The notes: generated by a model not told the origin, from the sequence alone. A DNA stretch of 32,000 bases from Lapidilactobacillus gannanensis (GCF_003946675.1 NZ_RHOT01000006.1:1-32000), one strand, 5' to 3'; positions 1-9,825 are shown, numbered from the stretch's first letter. A program made the numbers and translations.

Positions 1-290
1 GTCACCGATAGAATACCGGCAACACACCTTAATTGCTTAAAATAATATTTTTGTCTAACTTTTCTCTTGCACTTCACAATCAGGCTTTATTTTAATTTAC
101 TATTTAGTTGTGATAACGATTAAAATTAAGTTACTTTAACGCACTCTAACCGCCAAAATAACTAACAACAATCAAATGCACGACCTCAACTCCAGACGGA
201 ATGGCATCAGAACCCGTTCTGTTTCAACATCTTCACTAGACTTTAACAATTTAGAGCGCTTAAAGCGTTCACTCAGAATTAATAGCAAAA

Positions 291-974
291 CTAAAAAATA
301 TTGTCTTCTTCAACGTTAGAATTCAATTCAACCAATTTGCCAGTTTCCAAGTAAACTATCCACTCACAAATATTGGTCACGTAATCGCCAATTCGTTCCA
401 AATAACTACCGACCAACATATAATCCATACTACCAACAATCGTATCGGGATTTTCTTGCATTTGACTGACACACATCTTGTAGATGCGGTTGGAATATTC
501 ATCAACATTTTTATCTTCTAAAGCAATTGCCTTGGCCCGTTTCATATCGGCTTTAACATAGGCATCCAGAATTTCTTCGACCATTTGTTTAACTTTAGTC
601 GCCATTTCTGCCAGCGCCTGTTCAATTTCAGGAACGCGCACATTACCCTTAACGCGAATGGTTGATTTAGCAATACTAACGGCATGATCACCCATGCGTT
701 CCAAATCGGAGCTCGCCTTCATTACCGTCACAATCATTCGTAAATCGCCGGTCACTGGCTGTTGGAGCGCAATCATTTCAAACGAGCGCTTCTCAAGATC
801 AACTTCACGCTGATTGATTCGTTCGTCAGCCTCAATCACTTCTTTTGCTAGGGTCTTATCATGATTAATAAAAGCATTAACCGATTTATAAATCGCTTCA
901 TTTACCATCATGCCCATTTCCGAAAAGCGGACGTGAAGGTCATTTAATTCGTCTTCAAAATTTCTTCTAAACAT
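291..974 (-). CDS. phoU: phosphate transport system regulator PhoU
   Basis: 227-aa ORF with ATG at 974. Two PhoU repeats carry the conserved acidic motifs DLERMGDH and YLERIGDY. It is the last gene after the two pstB genes. Confidence 0.9.
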   Translation of the reverse strand: MFRRNFEDELNDLHVRFSEMGMMVNEAIYKSVNAFINHDKTLAKEVIEADERINQREVDLEKRSFEMIALQQPVTGDLRMIVTVMKASSDLERMGDHAVSIAKSTIRVKGNVRVPEIEQALAEMATKVKQMVEEILDAYVKADMKRAKAIALEDKNVDEYSNRIYKMCVSQMQENPDTIVGSMDYMLVGSYLERIGDYVTNICEWIVYLETGKLVELNSNVEEDNIF

Positions 975-1009
975 TTAATGAACCCACCTCTTTGTTATTG
1001 TTGCTAATT

Positions 1010-1774
1010 TTAACCGAAACGTCCAGAAATATAATCTTCAGTTTCTTTCTTCTGTGGTTGCATGAAAATATCTCGCGTCGGACCGTACTCAATTAATTCA
1101 CCGGCTAGGAAAAAAGCGGTGCGATCAGAAATACGTGAGGCTTGTTGCATATTTCGCGTGACAATCACAATACTATAATCGTCTTTCAATTTTAGCATGG
1201 TCCGCTCAATTTCACTACTGGAAATTGGATCGAGCGCACTAGTTGGTTCATCCATCAGAATTACTTTTGGCTGGGTTGCTAAAACTCGGGCAATGCAGAT
1301 CCGTTGTTGCTGACCGCCAGATAAACTCATGGCATTATCATGTAACCGATCTTTAACTTCATCCCAAATAGCCGCCGCCTTTAAACTACGCTCAACTGCT
1401 TCATCGAGAACATTTTTTCGTTTCTCGCCAGAAATCCGTAGGCCATAGATAACATTATCATAAATAGAGAACGGGAATGGATTCGGTTGCTGAAACAGCA
1501 TGCCCACTTCTTTCCGCAATTCAACGGCATCCATATTAGGTGCATAAATATCCTGACCGTTCAACTTGACAGTTCCAGTCACAGTGACATCAGGCACCAA
1601 ATCATTGAGCCGATTAATTGTTTTCAATAAAGTTGACTTACCACAGCCCGAAGGTCCAATCACGGCCGTAATCTCATTACGTCGAAAGTCAATTGTCACC
1701 CCGCGTAACGCTTCTTGTTGGCCGTAATATAAATGCAAATCTTGCACAGTAATCATATCTTTTGGTTCTGCCAT
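1010..1774 (-). CDS. pstB: phosphate ABC transporter ATP-binding protein PstB (distal copy)
   Basis: 254 aa. Walker [10 protein letters not shown], signature LSGGQQQR, Walker [12 protein letters not shown], and a PstB-type C-terminus DYISGRFG. Confidence 0.9.
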   Translation of the reverse strand: MAEPKDMITVQDLHLYYGQQEALRGVTIDFRRNEITAVIGPSGCGKSTLLKTINRLNDLVPDVTVTGTVKLNGQDIYAPNMDAVELRKEVGMLFQQPNPFPFSIYDNVIYGLRISGEKRKNVLDEAVERSLKAAAIWDEVKDRLHDNAMSLSGGQQQRICIARVLATQPKVILMDEPTSALDPISSSEIERTMLKLKDDYSIVIVTRNMQQASRISDRTAFFLAGELIEYGPTRDIFMQPQKKETEDYISGRFG

Positions 1775-1792
1775 GACTAACTCCTTACTAAC

Positions 1793-2602
1793 CTAACCAA
1801 AGTGACCAGAAACATAATCTTCAGTGGCTTTAATTTTCGGCCGGGTAAAGATTTTACGAGTTTCATCATATTCCAGCGCATCACCTAAGTGGAAGAAGGC
1901 CGTGTAATCACTGACCCGCGCTGCTTGCTGCATATTATGAGTCACGATAATAATGGTGTAATTTTCTTTCAATTCTAATAAGGTATCTTCCAAAGTTGCC
2001 GTTGAGATGGGGTCCAAAACGCTGGCTGGCTCATCAAGTAAGAGAATATCTGGTTTCATGGCGATTGCGCGAGCGATACAAAGTCGCTGTTGCTGACCAC
2101 CAGATAGCGCTAACGCACTTTGTTTCAGATCATCTTTGACTTGCTCCCACAAACCGGCCTGTTTTAATGTTGTTTCAACCATCTCATCCAGAACTTGCTT
2201 GCGACGCTCACCATGACGCTTAGGCGCAAACGTAATATTATCATAAATTGACTTTGCAAAAGGATTCGGCTGTTGAAAAACCATGCCAATATGTTTCCGC
2301 ATTTCGTAAACATCAATCTGGTTACTATTAACATCAAGACCACGATACATAATTTGACCAGTTACTTTGGTACCAGAAATATTATCATTCATTCGATTTA
2401 AAGAACGAAGATAAGTTGACTTACCTGAACCTGAAGCTCCAATCAACGCCGTAATTTTAAAGCGTTCAAAATCTAACGAGACACCATGAATGGCTTCTTT
2501 TTCACCATAAGAAACATGTAAATCTTTGGTTGCCAGCGCAATCTCATGCTGGCCATCATCAAGCGGTTTTAAATAGCGATCTGAGCGATCATATTTTTCC
2601 AT
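1793..2602 (-). CDS. pstB: phosphate ABC transporter ATP-binding protein PstB (proximal copy)
   Basis: 269 aa. Walker [29 protein letters not shown], and C-terminus DYVSGHFG. It is a paralogue of the adjacent pstB; tandem pstB pairs are common in Firmicutes. Confidence 0.9.
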   Translation of the reverse strand: MEKYDRSDRYLKPLDDGQHEIALATKDLHVSYGEKEAIHGVSLDFERFKITALIGASGSGKSTYLRSLNRMNDNISGTKVTGQIMYRGLDVNSNQIDVYEMRKHIGMVFQQPNPFAKSIYDNITFAPKRHGERRKQVLDEMVETTLKQAGLWEQVKDDLKQSALALSGGQQQRLCIARAIAMKPDILLLDEPASVLDPISTATLEDTLLELKENYTIIIVTHNMQQAARVSDYTAFFHLGDALEYDETRKIFTRPKIKATEDYVSGHFG

Positions 2603-2604
2603 GC

Positions 2605-3501
2605 CTAGCCTCGCTCTCTTGCCCCAGTTAAATGGCGATATAATTTATTACCAAAATAACGAGCGGCAAAGTTAAATAATAGCACAAATAAAATTAAAAT
2701 TGCAGATGCCCCCGCTGAAACAGCACTAGCATCAGGAATGATCCCTTCTGAATTAATTTTCCAGATATGCACTGCTAACGTTTCCGCTGAGCGTAAGGGA
2801 TTTAAAGGACTGGCAATATAAGTAGGATTCCAGTTAGTAAAATCTAACGGTGGCGAACTTTGCCCGGCCGTATAAATTAGCGCTGCAGCTTCACCGAAAA
2901 CACGACCGGCACCTAAAATCATCCCAGTCAGAATCCCCGGTAAGGCCGATGGTACAACCACATGAATCACTGTTTCCCAGCGTGACAAGCCCAAAGCATA
3001 GCCGGCCTCACGTTGGGTGTAATGAACAGACTGTAAAGAATCTTCAACTTTCCGAGTTAATAAGGGTAAATTAAACACCGTTAAGGCAAGGGCGCCCGAG
3101 AGAATTGAGAAACCTAATTTCATATTAATTGAAAATACTAAAAAACCGAACAAACCAACAACAACAGATGGTAAAGAACTCAGAATTTCGATCATGTTCC
3201 GAATTAAATCTGTCAGCCAGTTTTTAGGCGCATATTCCGATAAATAAATACCCGCTCCTAAAGATAGTGGTATCGAAATCAACATCGACAAAATCAACAA
3301 ATACAGTGAGTTAAACAACTGAATGCCAATCCCGCCACCAGCAGCGAAAGAGCTAGAGCGGCCAGTGATGAAATGCCAAGTCACATGTGGCAAGCCTGAA
3401 ATCAAAATATAGAGTAGCAAGAAGGCCAATACCGCAATAATGAAAACAGAAATCATATAAAGGACGGTTGTAGCAACTTTATCCCATTTACGTGGATTCA
3501 T
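2605..3501 (-). CDS. pstA: phosphate ABC transporter permease PstA
   Basis: 298-aa polytopic membrane protein with an ABC-permease EAA-type loop (REAGYALGLSRWET). Its ATG shares 1 nt with the pstC stop (TAATG). Confidence 0.85.
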   Translation of the reverse strand: MNPRKWDKVATTVLYMISVFIIAVLAFLLLYILISGLPHVTWHFITGRSSSFAAGGGIGIQLFNSLYLLILSMLISIPLSLGAGIYLSEYAPKNWLTDLIRNMIEILSSLPSVVVGLFGFLVFSINMKLGFSILSGALALTVFNLPLLTRKVEDSLQSVHYTQREAGYALGLSRWETVIHVVVPSALPGILTGMILGAGRVFGEAAALIYTAGQSSPPLDFTNWNPTYIASPLNPLRSAETLAVHIWKINSEGIIPDASAVSAGASAILILFVLLFNFAARYFGNKLYRHLTGARERG

Positions 3502-4427
3502 TAACGCATCGCCCCCTTCTTAGCAATTTTACGAATAATAATATTGAAAATTAATGGCATGATCAATAGTAGGAGCGCTAACGACCACAAAGCATTATTA
3601 CTTAAGGAACCCATGACTGAATTGCCCATGCCCATAGTCAGTACAGAAGTTAATGTAGACGCCGGCGAAATCAAATTGCTTGGCAATAGCATCGCGTTAC
3701 CAATAACCATTTGCACAGCTAATGCTTCACCAAAAGCTCGCGACATACCGAACACAACTGCAGTAATAATTCCTGAAGTCGAGGCCCGTAAAACAACTTT
3801 ATAAATTGTTTGCCAACGTGTCGCACCTAAAGCCAACGACGCTTCCCGATAATTACGCGGCACACTGTTCAATGCGTCAATAGTCATCGAGGTCACCGTC
3901 GGTAAAATCATGACAAACAACACAAAAGTCCCTGACAAAATCCCAAAACCACTACCACCAAAAGTCCGGCGAACAAATGGCACAACTACTGATAAACCAA
4001 TAAAGCCGTAAACAACCGAAGGAATCCCGACTAATAATTCAATGACTGGTTGTAAAACTTTGCGACCAACTTTAGGCGAAATTTCGGTCATAAAAACTGC
4101 TGCACCAATTGCAAACGGTGTCGCCACAATTGCCGCCAAAAAAGTCACGCCAAAAGAACCAACAATCATTGGCAAAGCCCCAACTTGAGGATTACCTTGG
4201 GCATCAGTTGTTCCCGGATTCCAAATCGTACCTGTCAGAAACTTCCATAAATTAACTTTATCTGTAAAGAAAGTGGCCAAACCCTTAGAAGCAACGAAGT
4301 AGAAAATTGCAACGACCACAGTAATAATAATTAAAATACATAATCCTGTCAGAATTTTACCAAAACGTTCATTTTTGGCAGCGCGAGAACGTTTCAACAA
4401 ACTAGCACGAATATCATCATTTTTCAT
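3501..4427 (-). CDS. pstC: phosphate ABC transporter permease PstC
   Basis: 308-aa membrane protein with an EAA-type loop (REASLALGATRWQT). Its start overlaps the pstS 3' end by 11 nt. Confidence 0.85.
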   Translation of the reverse strand: MKNDDIRASLLKRSRAAKNERFGKILTGLCILIIITVVVAIFYFVASKGLATFFTDKVNLWKFLTGTIWNPGTTDAQGNPQVGALPMIVGSFGVTFLAAIVATPFAIGAAVFMTEISPKVGRKVLQPVIELLVGIPSVVYGFIGLSVVVPFVRRTFGGSGFGILSGTFVLFVMILPTVTSMTIDALNSVPRNYREASLALGATRWQTIYKVVLRASTSGIITAVVFGMSRAFGEALAVQMVIGNAMLLPSNLISPASTLTSVLTMGMGNSVMGSLSNNALWSLALLLLIMPLIFNIIIRKIAKKGAMR

Positions 4428-5286
4428 GATTAATCTCGACCACCTTTCCTTGTAAGCTCCGTGATACCTGCATGTCTTTAACCGGGATATAACCCATTTT
4501 GGCCACCACTTTATCCTGAATACTATCAGATAAAATATAGGCCATAAAACGAGCCGTTAACCCACTTGGCTGACCATTGGTATACATATGCTCATAAGAC
4601 CAGATCTGCCATTGATTAGTCGTCACATGTTTTGCAGTTGGCGTAATGCCATCAACGTTCACGGTTTTAACTGTTTTATCAACATAAGGAAAGGCCATAT
4701 AACTAATGGCACCAGGCGTTGTGGCGACGATTTGACGAACCATGCCGGTAGAATCCTGTTCCTGGGCCTGCACGGCACTGCGCCCTTTCATCACCCAACG
4801 TTCAAAAGTATCACGAGTCCCACTACCTTGGGCGCGATTGATCACGACAATCTCCTGATCAGGACCACCTAATTGTTGCCAATTAGTAATATCGCCTGAA
4901 AATATTTTTGCTAATTGCGTTGTGGTCAAATTCTTAACGGGAATTTTTCGATTAATCACTGGTGTAACGCCAACCACGGCAACTTTATGATCCACCAGCT
5001 TACTGGCATCAATGCCAGATTTCTGACTGGCATATAAGTCAGAATTACCGATTTCGACCGAACCAGTTTGAATTTGTGATAAACCAGTCCCAGAGCCCCC
5101 ACCTTGCACATTAATAAACTCACCAGGATTTTCTTTGGTGAATTCATCGCCAGCCGCTTCTACAAGTGGCTGTAAAGCTGAGGAACCAACAGCAGTAATT
5201 GATTGACCAGTTTGCTTGAACGAGCATCCTGCCAGTAATAACGTCGCAATTGGCAAGACGAATAATGTAAACCATTTTTTCTTCAA
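4417..5286 (-). CDS. pstS: phosphate-binding lipoprotein PstS
   Basis: 289 aa. TTG start at 5286 with GGAGG (5295..5299) 8 nt upstream. Signal peptide ends in the lipobox LLAGC. PBP-type phosphate binder (GGGSGTG). First gene of pstSCAB. Confidence 0.85.
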   Translation of the reverse strand: MKKKWFTLFVLPIATLLLAGCSFKQTGQSITAVGSSALQPLVEAAGDEFTKENPGEFINVQGGGSGTGLSQIQTGSVEIGNSDLYASQKSGIDASKLVDHKVAVVGVTPVINRKIPVKNLTTTQLAKIFSGDITNWQQLGGPDQEIVVINRAQGSGTRDTFERWVMKGRSAVQAQEQDSTGMVRQIVATTPGAISYMAFPYVDKTVKTVNVDGITPTAKHVTTNQWQIWSYEHMYTNGQPSGLTARFMAYILSDSIQDKVVAKMGYIPVKDMQVSRSLQGKVVEINHEK

Positions 5287-5330
5287 GTTTTAATCCTCCA
5301 AAATAACTAACATAACTAGTATAAATTGGT

Positions 5331-5371
5331 AATATCACAGTTACACGTGATTCTTGTAAATTGTTTGTAAA
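5331..5371 (-). promoter_or_regulatory. pstS promoter with Pho-box-like direct repeat
   Basis: The minus strand reads TTTACA-aacaa-TTTACA (5371..5355), then 18 nt, then an extended -10 TGtGATATT (5339..5331). The repeats match the B. subtilis PhoP box TT(A/T/C)ACA at 11-bp spacing. Confidence 0.5.
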
Positions 5372-5373
5372 GA

Positions 5374-7095
5374 TTAAGCAATATGATTCAGTGGTAGCTT
5401 AACAGTAAAGGTTGACCCCACTCCTAGTTGACTTCGGACAGTAATCGAACCACCTAATTGGTCCACTAAATTTGCGACAATTGCCAAGCCTAACCCGGTA
5501 CCAGTTTGATAATGACTGTGCGCTTGATCAACCCGATAAAAACGTTCAAAAATTCGCGTTTGATCTTCAGTGGTTAAGCCAATCCCAGTATCGCTGACAA
5601 TCATTGTTGTTTGCGTGGCATCGGTAGCTAAGCGCACATTGATTTTACCGCCAGCTACATTATATCTAACCGCATTAGTAATGAGGTTCTTTAAAATCTC
5701 TTCAAGTTTTAATTGATCTGATAAAGTTGGGCCATGATAGTGCTTAGTATCTACCGCAACTGTTAATTGCCGTTGCTTAATTGCTGGCGCGGCTAGTTGC
5801 AACTCTTGCTGTAGCAAGTGATCCAAATTAACCGATTGCCAACGAATCGGCATTGCTTGATCGGCACGCGACAATTGTAGAATGTCCTGAATTAAAGCTT
5901 CTAGATGTTGTGCTTGCTCAAGAATCGTTGTCAGAAATTCTTGCCGTCGTTGCGGATCATCCTGCGCCCCTGCAAGTAACGTTTCTGCATAACCACTAAT
6001 CGCGGTTACTGGGGTGCGCAATTCATGACTGGCATTGGCCACAAAGTCTAACTGCATTTGTTCATTCTGTTTAATTTCGGTTAAGTCGAATAACATCACC
6101 AACACTTTCATATCGGCTTCATTATGATCAGGACTTCCCACTAAAGTAATGACATCAGCTTCAACAAAGCGGCCTTCATCACCAACTAGTTGAATATCCC
6201 GACGTTGATGACGTTTAACTTGAGGTTGACGTAAAGCGTGCTCGATCATTCGGCTCAGGGCATAAGTCTTAACATAATCAACATAAGTATCGTCTAAACC
6301 TGGTTTTGCTGCTATGGGCACATCCAAAATTGTTCCTAAGGCGCGATTGACCATTTCAACTTGCCCAGCTTGATTCAATAACATAACGCCTAAGGGTAAA
6401 TTATTGATCAACGAACGCAAGCCTTGTTCATGTAACTGCGCATCAGCTAATTCCGTCGTTACAAAATGATGTAAATCTTTTAACCGATTTTCCAACTCAA
6501 AAAATGGATCATCCGGTGTTAGCAAAATTGGTTCTGCCTCTGCTTGTGCGCCAGTTGCTTGAACATTAGCAGCCATTAGCGCAAGTTTTTGGCGCTGATC
6601 TTTGGCCTTGAGAAACGCTAGCCAAATAAATAACGCTACTAGCAGCCAATAAAGAAAACTAAAACTCCACCAAATCAGCGCATAATTTTGGCTGACGCGC
6701 CGTAGTGGTTGCAACAGAACTGCTTGACTCTTTTTAGAAATCGGCGCACTCACTAAATAAAGTAAATAATCTTTATTTTGATACTGTACCTTAGTAAACG
6801 GCGCCCCACTGTTAACCAGATTATGATCGGCAACATTGCGCGCTATTTTGGCTAACTCACTATTACCATTGGCAGGCAAAGCCACGACTTGCGCTGAGAA
6901 ATCGCGCTGCCAACTAGCTGTTTGTTTTTTAACTGTTTTGGTTGTTAAGGCAGTCCGATATTCACTGCCAAGACCAACTAATTGTTGTCGCTGCTCACTA
7001 CGAACAAAATGATTGCTCATTCCCCAGATTAAGGCGTAAAAAATAATTGCCCCCAGCATAAAAATCACTGTTTTCGTCTTAGGCCTGTTTCTCAT
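5374..7095 (-). CDS. phoR: phosphate-sensing histidine kinase (PhoR type)
   Basis: HisKA H-box SHELRTP and ATPase boxes (NAVRYN, DTGIGL, GTGLGLAIV), with N-terminal TM segments. I take ATG 7095 as the start (GGAGG at 7105..7109) instead of the ORF-track 7128. It overlaps phoP by 17 nt. The PhoR role is inferred from linkage to pst. Confidence 0.78.
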   Translation of the reverse strand: MRNRPKTKTVIFMLGAIIFYALIWGMSNHFVRSEQRQQLVGLGSEYRTALTTKTVKKQTASWQRDFSAQVVALPANGNSELAKIARNVADHNLVNSGAPFTKVQYQNKDYLLYLVSAPISKKSQAVLLQPLRRVSQNYALIWWSFSFLYWLLVALFIWLAFLKAKDQRQKLALMAANVQATGAQAEAEPILLTPDDPFFELENRLKDLHHFVTTELADAQLHEQGLRSLINNLPLGVMLLNQAGQVEMVNRALGTILDVPIAAKPGLDDTYVDYVKTYALSRMIEHALRQPQVKRHQRRDIQLVGDEGRFVEADVITLVGSPDHNEADMKVLVMLFDLTEIKQNEQMQLDFVANASHELRTPVTAISGYAETLLAGAQDDPQRRQEFLTTILEQAQHLEALIQDILQLSRADQAMPIRWQSVNLDHLLQQELQLAAPAIKQRQLTVAVDTKHYHGPTLSDQLKLEEILKNLITNAVRYNVAGGKINVRLATDATQTTMIVSDTGIGLTTEDQTRIFERFYRVDQAHSHYQTGTGLGLAIVANLVDQLGGSITVRSQLGVGSTFTVKLPLNHIA

Positions 7096-7786
7096 AACTA
7101 CTAACCTCCAAACGATACCCAAATCCACGCGCCGTCAGAAGAAACTGTGGGTGCTTAGGATCGGGTTCGATTTTGTCACGTAAATGACTTACCTGCATAT
7201 CAACCATGCGACTCATGATGGGTTCATGGGATTGCCATACTTCTAAAATAATTTGCTGTCGTGAAATAACTTTCTGCCGATTTTGCACTAAAAAAGTTAA
7301 TAACTCAAATTCCTTACGAGTTAATGGCAATTCACGTTTTCCCTGACGCAAGAATGTTTCGTTCATTTGCCAAGTAATTGGTCCAAAAGTGACCTGGACA
7401 TTTTTAGCTAAAGTGGGTGGTTCTTGAACACGTCGCCGAATCGCCTTGATCCGCGCCACCAATTCCCGAGGACTAAAAGGCTTCGTCATATAATCATCAG
7501 CACCTAATTCCAAGCCAATGATTTTATCAGCTTCTTCATGGCGCGCCGTCAACATAATAATCGGGGTCATAATTTCCCGCAATCGCAAATACTTCGTTAC
7601 CTCAACACCACTACGTTTAGGCAACATTAAATCTAGCACAATACAAGCAAATGTTTCATTTTCGGCTAATTGACAAGCTGTCACACCATTATCCGCAGTA
7701 GTAACAGCAAACCCAGCTGTTTCCAAATTATATTGAATTAAATCACGAATCGCTGCCTCATCATCAACGACCAGAATTTTTTCCAT
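7079..7786 (-). CDS. phoP: OmpR-family response regulator (PhoP type)
   Basis: Receiver domain (ILVVDDE, DLMLP) plus a winged-helix C-terminus (ARGFGYRL). I take ATG 7786 as the start, preceded by AGGAG, rather than the ORF-track 7846. Adjacent to phoR and pst. Confidence 0.78.
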   Translation of the reverse strand: MEKILVVDDEAAIRDLIQYNLETAGFAVTTADNGVTACQLAENETFACIVLDLMLPKRSGVEVTKYLRLREIMTPIIMLTARHEEADKIIGLELGADDYMTKPFSPRELVARIKAIRRRVQEPPTLAKNVQVTFGPITWQMNETFLRQGKRELPLTRKEFELLTFLVQNRQKVISRQQIILEVWQSHEPIMSRMVDMQVSHLRDKIEPDPKHPQFLLTARGFGYRLEVSSYEKQA

Positions 7787-8193
7787 GAGTAAACTCCTAA
7801 AATAGCGTGTGAGGGGTGCCGGTCTTTTAGCATAAGGTAATTTCAAATAATTGATTGCGCGGCATCGGCCGATCGAGCAATTATTAAATTAGCCATAGCC
7901 ATTGGGCAACCCGAATACGTTTTGAATAAATCAACTAACATCAAGTAAATCATTATCTTTTGATCTGAAAAAATAACTAAAAATAAGCTATAAACAATTT
8001 AAGTATATCATTTTAAAGGAACAGAGTGTGAGTAACACTAAGCGAACTGTATTTTGAGCTTGTTACTTAACAAGTGTTGGGCTGTAGCTGTGACACCAAG
8101 AAGTTTTGGTTGATTTAACAGGTTAAAAAGTTATGATCGCTATTAACTGGGTACATGCTGGTATTGCGCCAGACAGCAAAAAATTCTCACCAC

Positions 8194-8231
8194 AAAAAAA
8201 TACCTGTCACGACTGATTAAAGTGATGACAG
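8194..8231 (-). terminator. intrinsic terminator after ftsX
   Basis: The minus strand reads CTGTCAtCAC...GTGACAG, a stem of about 7 bp, followed by GTA and then TTTTTTT. It begins 30 nt downstream of the ftsX stop. Confidence 0.65.
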
Positions 8232-8261
8232 ATATTTATTAAATTGCAACTAATGCTTAAA

Positions 8262-9149
8262 TTAAACTTTCAGGAAGCGCCGCATTGAAATTGCTGCCCC
8301 AAAGGCACCAATTAACATCGCCACTAGTAACAAGGTCAAGTTTAATGGCCAGACTAGTTGGCTAGTCGTCATTAAGCTATATCCCGAAGTGGCTAATTGA
8401 CGTCCAACTGCGCGGTAAACACTTGCATAACCGAAATCAATGATGATTAGCGGAACGATGGCACCTAATAAGCCAGTCCAAGCACCTTCCAAAATAAATG
8501 GCCAGCGAATGTACCAACGAGTAGCTCCAACTAAGCGCATAATTTCAATTTCATTTCGCCGCGATAAAATTGTAATTCGAATTGTGTTAGCAATCAAGAA
8601 AATCGCCACAATCAACAAGAGGACGGAGAAAGCAACGCCCCAGTTTCGGACACTATCCATTGTTCGGAACAATTTACGAGCTTGATCACCACCATAGCTT
8701 GCTTTAGCAACATGTTTGATTTTTGCAGCTTTTTTAGCAATTTTCACGGTAGCCTTAGGATCATTGGCTTTTACAGTGAAGACGTCATTTAAGGGATTAT
8801 CATCGCCGCTAAACATCTTGAAGGAATTACCATATTGACTAACAACTTTCTTCAGTTCGTTAGCTTTTGATGAATAACTAACAGTTTTTACACCAGTGAT
8901 TTCTTTTAATTCACTTTTTAAAGTATCTTTTTGTTTAGCAGTCGTTTTAGGTTCAACTAAAACTTGTACACGAACATCATTCTCAACATCTCGTGATAAC
9001 TTAGTCACGTTGAAAACTAAGGCCAAAGAAATTCCGACTAGCAAAATGGTAACTGCTACACCACTAATTGCCGCAAAAGCCATCCAGCCATTCCGTTTTA
9101 AACTGCGGAGACTATCGCGCAGATGTCTTTTTATCGTTGTCCACTTCAT
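8262..9149 (-). CDS. ftsX: cell division ABC transporter permease-like protein FtsX
   Basis: N-terminus MKWTTIKRHLRDSLRSLKRNGWM is typical of FtsX. One TM, an extracellular domain, then three C-terminal TM segments. I take ATG 9149 as the start (GGAGG 9161..9165) rather than 9191. Confidence 0.85.
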   Translation of the reverse strand: MKWTTIKRHLRDSLRSLKRNGWMAFAAISGVAVTILLVGISLALVFNVTKLSRDVENDVRVQVLVEPKTTAKQKDTLKSELKEITGVKTVSYSSKANELKKVVSQYGNSFKMFSGDDNPLNDVFTVKANDPKATVKIAKKAAKIKHVAKASYGGDQARKLFRTMDSVRNWGVAFSVLLLIVAIFLIANTIRITILSRRNEIEIMRLVGATRWYIRWPFILEGAWTGLLGAIVPLIIIDFGYASVYRAVGRQLATSGYSLMTTSQLVWPLNLTLLLVAMLIGAFGAAISMRRFLKV

Positions 9150-9825
9150 GTGTGTATTGTCCTCCTTGTTCGTCTCGAACGATCTGGCCATCAGCTATTT
9201 CAATGACCCGATGTGGTAATTCGTCAACGATTTGTTGATTGTGGGTCGCCATAATAATAGTGGTGCCACTGTCGTTGATTCGTTGTAAGATTTCCATAAT
9301 ACCTTCGGTTGTTTGTGGATCCAGATTACCCGTTGGTTCGTCAGCAATCAAAACTTTGGGCCGGTTAACAATCGCTCGAGCAATTGCCACTCGTTGTTGC
9401 TGACCACCAGATAATTCATCTGGGAAATGAGTTGCTTGTTCCGCTAAGCCAACTTCTTCAAGTACTTGTTGCACTGCCGACTCAATTTCAGTATCGCTTT
9501 TACCAATAACTTGTAAAGCATAACCGATATTCTCAGCAACAGTCATCTTAGGTAGTAATTTGAAATCTTGGAAAACAACGCCTAAAGTTCGCCGTAATTG
9601 GGGAACCTGACGTTCTTTCATTTGTCGTAAATCAAAATTATTGATTTGAATAAATCCCTTAGTTGGGATCAATTCTCGATATAACAATTTAATTAACGTT
9701 GATTTACCAGCACCACTTTGCCCAACTAAATAGACAAATTCGCCTTGTTCAACTGTTAATGTAACATTTTTTAAAGCTGAGACACCGTTATCGTATTGTT
9801 TCTCAACATTTAAAAGCTTTAACAT
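9112..9825 (-). CDS. ftsE: cell division ATP-binding protein FtsE
   Basis: 237 aa. Walker A GQSGAGKST, signature LSGGQQQR, Walker B LIADEPTGNLD. Lies immediately upstream of ftsX. Confidence 0.9.
   Translation of the reverse strand: MLKLLNVEKQYDNGVSALKNVTLTVEQGEFVYLVGQSGAGKSTLIKLLYRELIPTKGFIQINNFDLRQMKERQVPQLRRTLGVVFQDFKLLPKMTVAENIGYALQVIGKSDTEIESAVQQVLEEVGLAEQATHFPDELSGGQQQRVAIARAIVNRPKVLIADEPTGNLDPQTTEGIMEILQRINDSGTTIIMATHNQQIVDELPHRVIEIADGQIVRDEQGGQYTHEVDNDKKTSAR

Noticed and set aside
1-290. A possible 3' end of a plus-strand ORF (frame 1 reads to TAA at 43..45), and weak hairpins (194..219 and 254..270) after phoU.
   Set aside because: The window edge leaves too little sequence to support a gene call. 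The hairpins lack U-tracts, so no terminator is claimed.
1010-2602. The tandem pstB duplication, considered as something unusual.
   Set aside because: Two adjacent pstB paralogues are the normal organisation of pst operons in many Firmicutes. Both copies have intact ABC motifs.
2850-5338. Antisense or alternate-frame ORFs within pstA, pstC and pstS: 2850..3074, 3544..3804, 4588..4872, 4956..5147 and 5144..5338.
   Set aside because: They are nested in well-supported transporter genes. They have no ribosome-binding sites and no recognisable motifs. They are out-of-frame artefacts.
7933-7949. TTTACT-N5-TTAGTT upstream of phoP, considered as an autoregulatory Pho box.
   Set aside because: The second hexamer matches the TT(A/T/C)ACA consensus at only 3 of 6 positions, and no appropriately spaced -10 follows. 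It is too weak to call.
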